DNA from: Planctomycetota bacterium
Lineage (GTDB): Bacteria > Planctomycetota > UBA8108 > SXIK01
Direction of reading: 5' to 3'
DNA length: 64,000 nucleotides
Assembly: GCA_965223265.1 (NCBI GenBank)
Contig: OZ244999.1
Coordinates: 7,648,001-7,712,000 of the forward strand
Of the stretch, positions 60,737-64,000 are shown one piece after another. A program made the translations under genes and the position numbers. The notes beneath the pieces are model-generated. The model was not told the origin of the DNA and made no database searches. It saw only the letters and a program-made list of their open reading frames with translations. Position 1 is the stretch's first letter. Every line of letters begins with the position of its first letter.

Positions 60737-61102
60737 TCAGTGCTTGAGCGGCACGGCGCAGCCGCCCTTTTCTTTACACGTGTTCTTGCCGGCACAGCCC
60801 TGGTCGCCGCTGCCGCAGCCACCGAGGCCTTTGCACTCGTTCTTTCCCGCGCAATCGTGGTGCGGGACGGTCGCACAGCCGCCCTTGCCCTCACAAGCGT
60901 TTTGACCCTTGCACTCGTTGTCGGCTGTCTTGCAGCCGCCTTTGCCCTTACACGAGTTCTTGCCCTTGCAGATGTGCTTTTCGGCCGCCTCGGCGACATT
61001 CTCATCTTTGTCGCTACTGCAGCCGCCCGCGAGCCCAGCAAACAATCCGCCGACCGCGGCCCCCAGCATCTTCTTGTTGAACTCGCGCCGTTTCATCTCC
61101 AT
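60737..61102 (-). CDS. Cys-rich RiPP precursor (bufferin BufA2-like) with a Tat-lipoprotein signal and four CxGxNxC(K/E)xxGGC repeats
   Basis: MEMKRREFNKK...LAGGC, then HICKGKNSCKGKGGC, NECKGQNACEGKGGC, HDCAGKNECKGLGGC and QGCAGKNTCKEKGGC. GAGG lies upstream of the ATG at 61102, and the gene sits directly upstream of DUF692. Confidence 0.9.
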   Translation of the reverse strand: MEMKRREFNKKMLGAAVGGLFAGLAGGCSSDKDENVAEAAEKHICKGKNSCKGKGGCKTADNECKGQNACEGKGGCATVPHHDCAGKNECKGLGGCGSGDQGCAGKNTCKEKGGCAVPLKH

Positions 61103-61754
61103 GCGGAACACCTCATACAACATGCTGTACGGAAACCGTGTGGAATCTCACCAGGAAGCGCCGTACCCACTCGCCGGTGTTTCGCCCCAGAGGGGCTCGC
61201 CAACCAAAGATCCACCAGAGAGACAACGGTGCGCCGACCGCCGGAGTTCCCGTCGGCCGCCGCCACGGCTCGGGTGTTCCTCATGCCCACATGCCACCCG
61301 GTCCCACTCTGGCGCCGGCTAAAATACTCCATACCCCATCCCAAAGCCAGCCTTACCACACGCCCGCCCGTCACGGCGCTCTGGGTAAGGTGAAGAAAGG
61401 TCCGCGGGCCGCTTCGGCGCACTTGACCGCCCCCGCTCGACAGCCTACAGTGGAACCTTGGGTTGGCCTATCCCCGCATGTCAACTGCGCTGTGTTCGGG
61501 TGCCGGACGGTCCCTCTTTTCGCAGGGAAATGAACGACTCCGGCGGCGTGCGTCGCGTTCAGGATCGAGGGTCGAGAGACGCGCTCAGCGTGCGTCTTCA
61601 GCCGCGACGAGAAGCGCCGAGAGATGCGGATCGGAGGGGCGAAAACTGCAGGTCGGTGACCAAATGGTCATCGGCCCCCCCACCTGCACTCCGCTCCAGA
61701 ACTTTCCACACTGCTCGAGCGGAATGACTGACCACAACGAGTGGGAGAACTCGA

Positions 61755-64000
61755 ATGAGCCGCCATCCGACGCGCTGTCTTCGTCGCCTTACGTTTGCCA
61801 TTTCGCTTGCCCTTCTCAGCTTGCCGTTTGAGATTCGCGCCGCGGGGGTGATCGATCGCGTCGCCGGGGGCGATCTGACCGAGGCGCTCGACCCGCTGAA
61901 CGCCGGTCTGGAGCTGCGCGCCGTGGCGACGCGTCCGGACGGCACGTTTCTCGTTGCCACCGCCGACGCCCTCTTTTCGCTGCAGCCGGATCTCCTTTCA
62001 CCTCTGAACCTCTCGGACGCGGACGTCGGCCCATTCGAATCGATCGAGGACCTGGTAGCTGACTCCAGCGACAACCTCTGGATCGCTGACAGCTCGCGCC
62101 GGCAGGTTCTACGCGTGAGCGACCTCGGCGCTGGCATACTCGAAGTCGTCGCTGGAAGCGGCGGCGACGGCAACGTGGTCGACGGCTCACCGGCACTTGA
62201 CGCGCCGCTCGGCGACATCGCCGCGATCGCCGTGAGCGCAGACGGCACCCTCTACATAACGGACAACGGCCACCGCCGCATCTGGGCCGTCGCTGGCGGC
62301 ACGATCACGGCCGCGGCTGGGGACGGCACCGCGCCGACGGCGGATGACCTGGTCACTTTCGCCGAGGCCCCCGCCGTCACTGTCGCTCTCGGAAAGGTCG
62401 TCAGTCTCGCGGTCGAAGGTACGCTCTTATGGGCCGCCGACGCCACAAGGAGCGCTCTTGTCGCGATTGACCTGTCCACCGGCGACGCTACAGCGTTCGA
62501 GACGTTCGCTCCCGGCGCTAACGAGGAAGACCCGCCAACGCCCTTCGCGTTCCGCGGCCTCAGAGAGATCGCCCCGACCGGCGACGGTCGGCTCTTCGTG
62601 GTCGACGTGATCTGCAGTGCCGACGACGCCGCGTGCGCCGCCGATCGAGGCGCAGGGGACGAGCTCATTTCTGTGGATACGGCCAGCGGCCTGGTCGCGA
62701 CAGTTGCCGGCGGTGGTCAGCCTGACGATGGAGTCGGCGATGGCTCCGACCCAACGGCGGCGCAATTCGGCGACACCCGCGACATCGTTCTGCTCAACGC
62801 GGAACTCTTGACTCTTGTCGACGGCCTGAACCTCCGCCTGCGGTCGATCGATTTGGCAACGCCGGCGGTCTCGACCCTCCTTGGTAACGGCGCTCCGCGC
62901 TTTGGAGGCGACGGCGGAACCGCTCTCGATGCGCTTCTTGCTTGCCCAAGCGACGCCACACTGCTCGACTTCGCGACACTTCTCGTGGCTGACACCAACA
63001 ACGATCGCATTCGAGTCGTGGACCTCAGCGCCGCCACCATCGACACGTTCGCCGGAGGGGGACAGCCGGCGGATGGCATCGGCGACGGAGCGGTGCCGAC
63101 AGACGCCCGCCTCCAGACCCCACAAGGCGTCTGGGCGGACAGAAACGGCGAAGTCTGGATCGCCGACAGCGGTGCCGGCCGCATTCGTGTCATTGACTCC
63201 GAACGGACTTCGGTGAGAACAGTTGCAGGCGGCGGTGACGTCGACATCGCAACACTCGGCGCAGCGCCGGCACTCGACGCCAAGCTGTCCGAGCCGGTCG
63301 CCGTCTTAGCCCTGGAAGATGGCACATTCTGGGTTGCGGACGCCGGCGCCGCACGCGTCTACCGCGGCTCCGAAGGGGGGGAGCTGGTCACCGTTGCCGG
63401 CGGCGGTAGTGTCGAACGTGACGAGGTGCCGGGAACGGAGACCCGACTCCGGCGACCTACCGCTTTGGCACGCGACCAACTCGGCAACCTCTACATCGCC
63501 GATGAGGAAATCGGCGTTATCCTGCGCCTCGACATCGATGGGATCATCTTCGTCGAGCTGGGTAGCGGTGGCACCCGACCCGACCCGACCGTCATTCTCC
63601 CGGCCGCCGCTGTTCGCCTCGATCGGCCGAGTGGGCTCGTGATCGACAGTCTCGGAACTCTCTGGATCAGCGACAGCGAGGCGCACAGAGTCTATCGATA
63701 CAACTTCGTCCGCGACCAAGTCCAAGTCATCGCGGGCATCGGCAGTCCGGGTGACAGTGGCGACGGCGGTCCGGCAGCCTTGGCAGAGATTCATTCGCCG
63801 CTTGGCATGGCGGTACAGCCCGGCGGTCGCAGAATGTTCTTTGCCGACAAGAACAACAACGCGGTCAGACGCGTTGACCTCGTGGTTCTCGACCCAGTGC
63901 TGACCATTGATCCGACGTCGGGCAGCGTCGACGGAGGCGATCCGGCGCGCCTCGACAGCGATCAGCCGCTACCGAACGATGCTGAAATTTTCTTCGGCAC
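61755..64000 (+). CDS. Secreted NHL-repeat (teneurin-like) protein, probably followed by an IPT/TIG domain; runs off the window
   Basis: Not in the ORF track. Manual translation from ATG 61755 (GGGAG upstream) gives the signal MSRHPTRCLRRLTFAISLALLSL..., repeats such as LWIADSSRRQVLRV, LVADTNNDRIRVV and GDSGDGGPA, and ends LTIDPTSGSVDGG. Confidence 0.85.
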   Translation, partial: MSRHPTRCLRRLTFAISLALLSLPFEIRAAGVIDRVAGGDLTEALDPLNAGLELRAVATRPDGTFLVATADALFSLQPDLLSPLNLSDADVGPFESIEDLVADSSDNLWIADSSRRQVLRVSDLGAGILEVVAGSGGDGNVVDGSPALDAPLGDIAAIAVSADGTLYITDNGHRRIWAVAGGTITAAAGDGTAPTADDLVTFAEAPAVTVALGKVVSLAVEGTLLWAADATRSALVAIDLSTGDATAFETFAPGANEEDPPTPFAFRGLREIAPTGDGRLFVVDVICSADDAACAADRGAGDELISVDTASGLVATVAGGGQPDDGVGDGSDPTAAQFGDTRDIVLLNAELLTLVDGLNLRLRSIDLATPAVSTLLGNGAPRFGGDGGTALDALLACPSDATLLDFATLLVADTNNDRIRVVDLSAATIDTFAGGGQPADGIGDGAVPTDARLQTPQGVWADRNGEVWIADSGAGRIRVIDSERTSVRTVAGGGDVDIATLGAAPALDAKLSEPVAVLALEDGTFWVADAGAARVYRGSEGGELVTVAGGGSVERDEVPGTETRLRRPTALARDQLGNLYIADEEIGVILRLDIDGIIFVELGSGGTRPDPTVILPAAAVRLDRPSGLVIDSLGTLWISDSEAHRVYRYNFVRDQVQVIAGIGSPGDSGDGGPAALAEIHSPLGMAVQPGGRRMFFADKNNNAVRRVDLVVLDPVLTIDPTSGSVDGGDPARLDSDQPLPNDAEIFFG

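Noticed and set aside
61128-61151. Possible ECF sigma promoter (GTGAGA-N14-CGTA on the minus strand) upstream of the RiPP precursor
   Set aside because: The match and spacing are too weak to call by eye, and no sigma factor gene is nearby.
61598-63794. Several minus-strand and off-frame ORFs at the window end
   Set aside because: They are shadows of the uninterrupted NHL-repeat gene starting at 61755.

Overview
This GC-rich window looks like Planctomycetota DNA, judging from two DUF1553/DUF1549 + DUF1501 gene pairs, a PVC-type heme-binding CxxCH protein, PQQ-like propellers and GTAG-type REP hairpins. It holds about 29 CDSs. I see no rRNA, tRNA, CRISPR array or transposase. Main points: (1) a three-gene RiPP cluster at 58.6-61.1 kb, made of a DUF692/MNIO enzyme, a DUF2063 partner and a Tat-lipoprotein precursor with four CxGxNxC(K/E)xxGGC repeats, resembling a bufferin metallophore but apparently membrane-tethered; (2) four large, unrelated secreted proteins that all end in the same 'F(R/K)RGD' dockerin-like module, suggesting a surface-assembly or sorting system; (3) one of these four is a secreted FG-GAP protein carrying a phospho-His swivel plus ATP-grasp dikinase core, and another is a lamin-tail/CotH kinase; (4) a stand-alone type I PKS with the atypical order KS-AT-KR-DH-ACP-TE; (5) an enolase-family protein with two changed active-site residues; (6) an exact 158-bp tandem duplication built from REP-like hairpins. 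All family calls come from reading motifs by eye; no database search was run.
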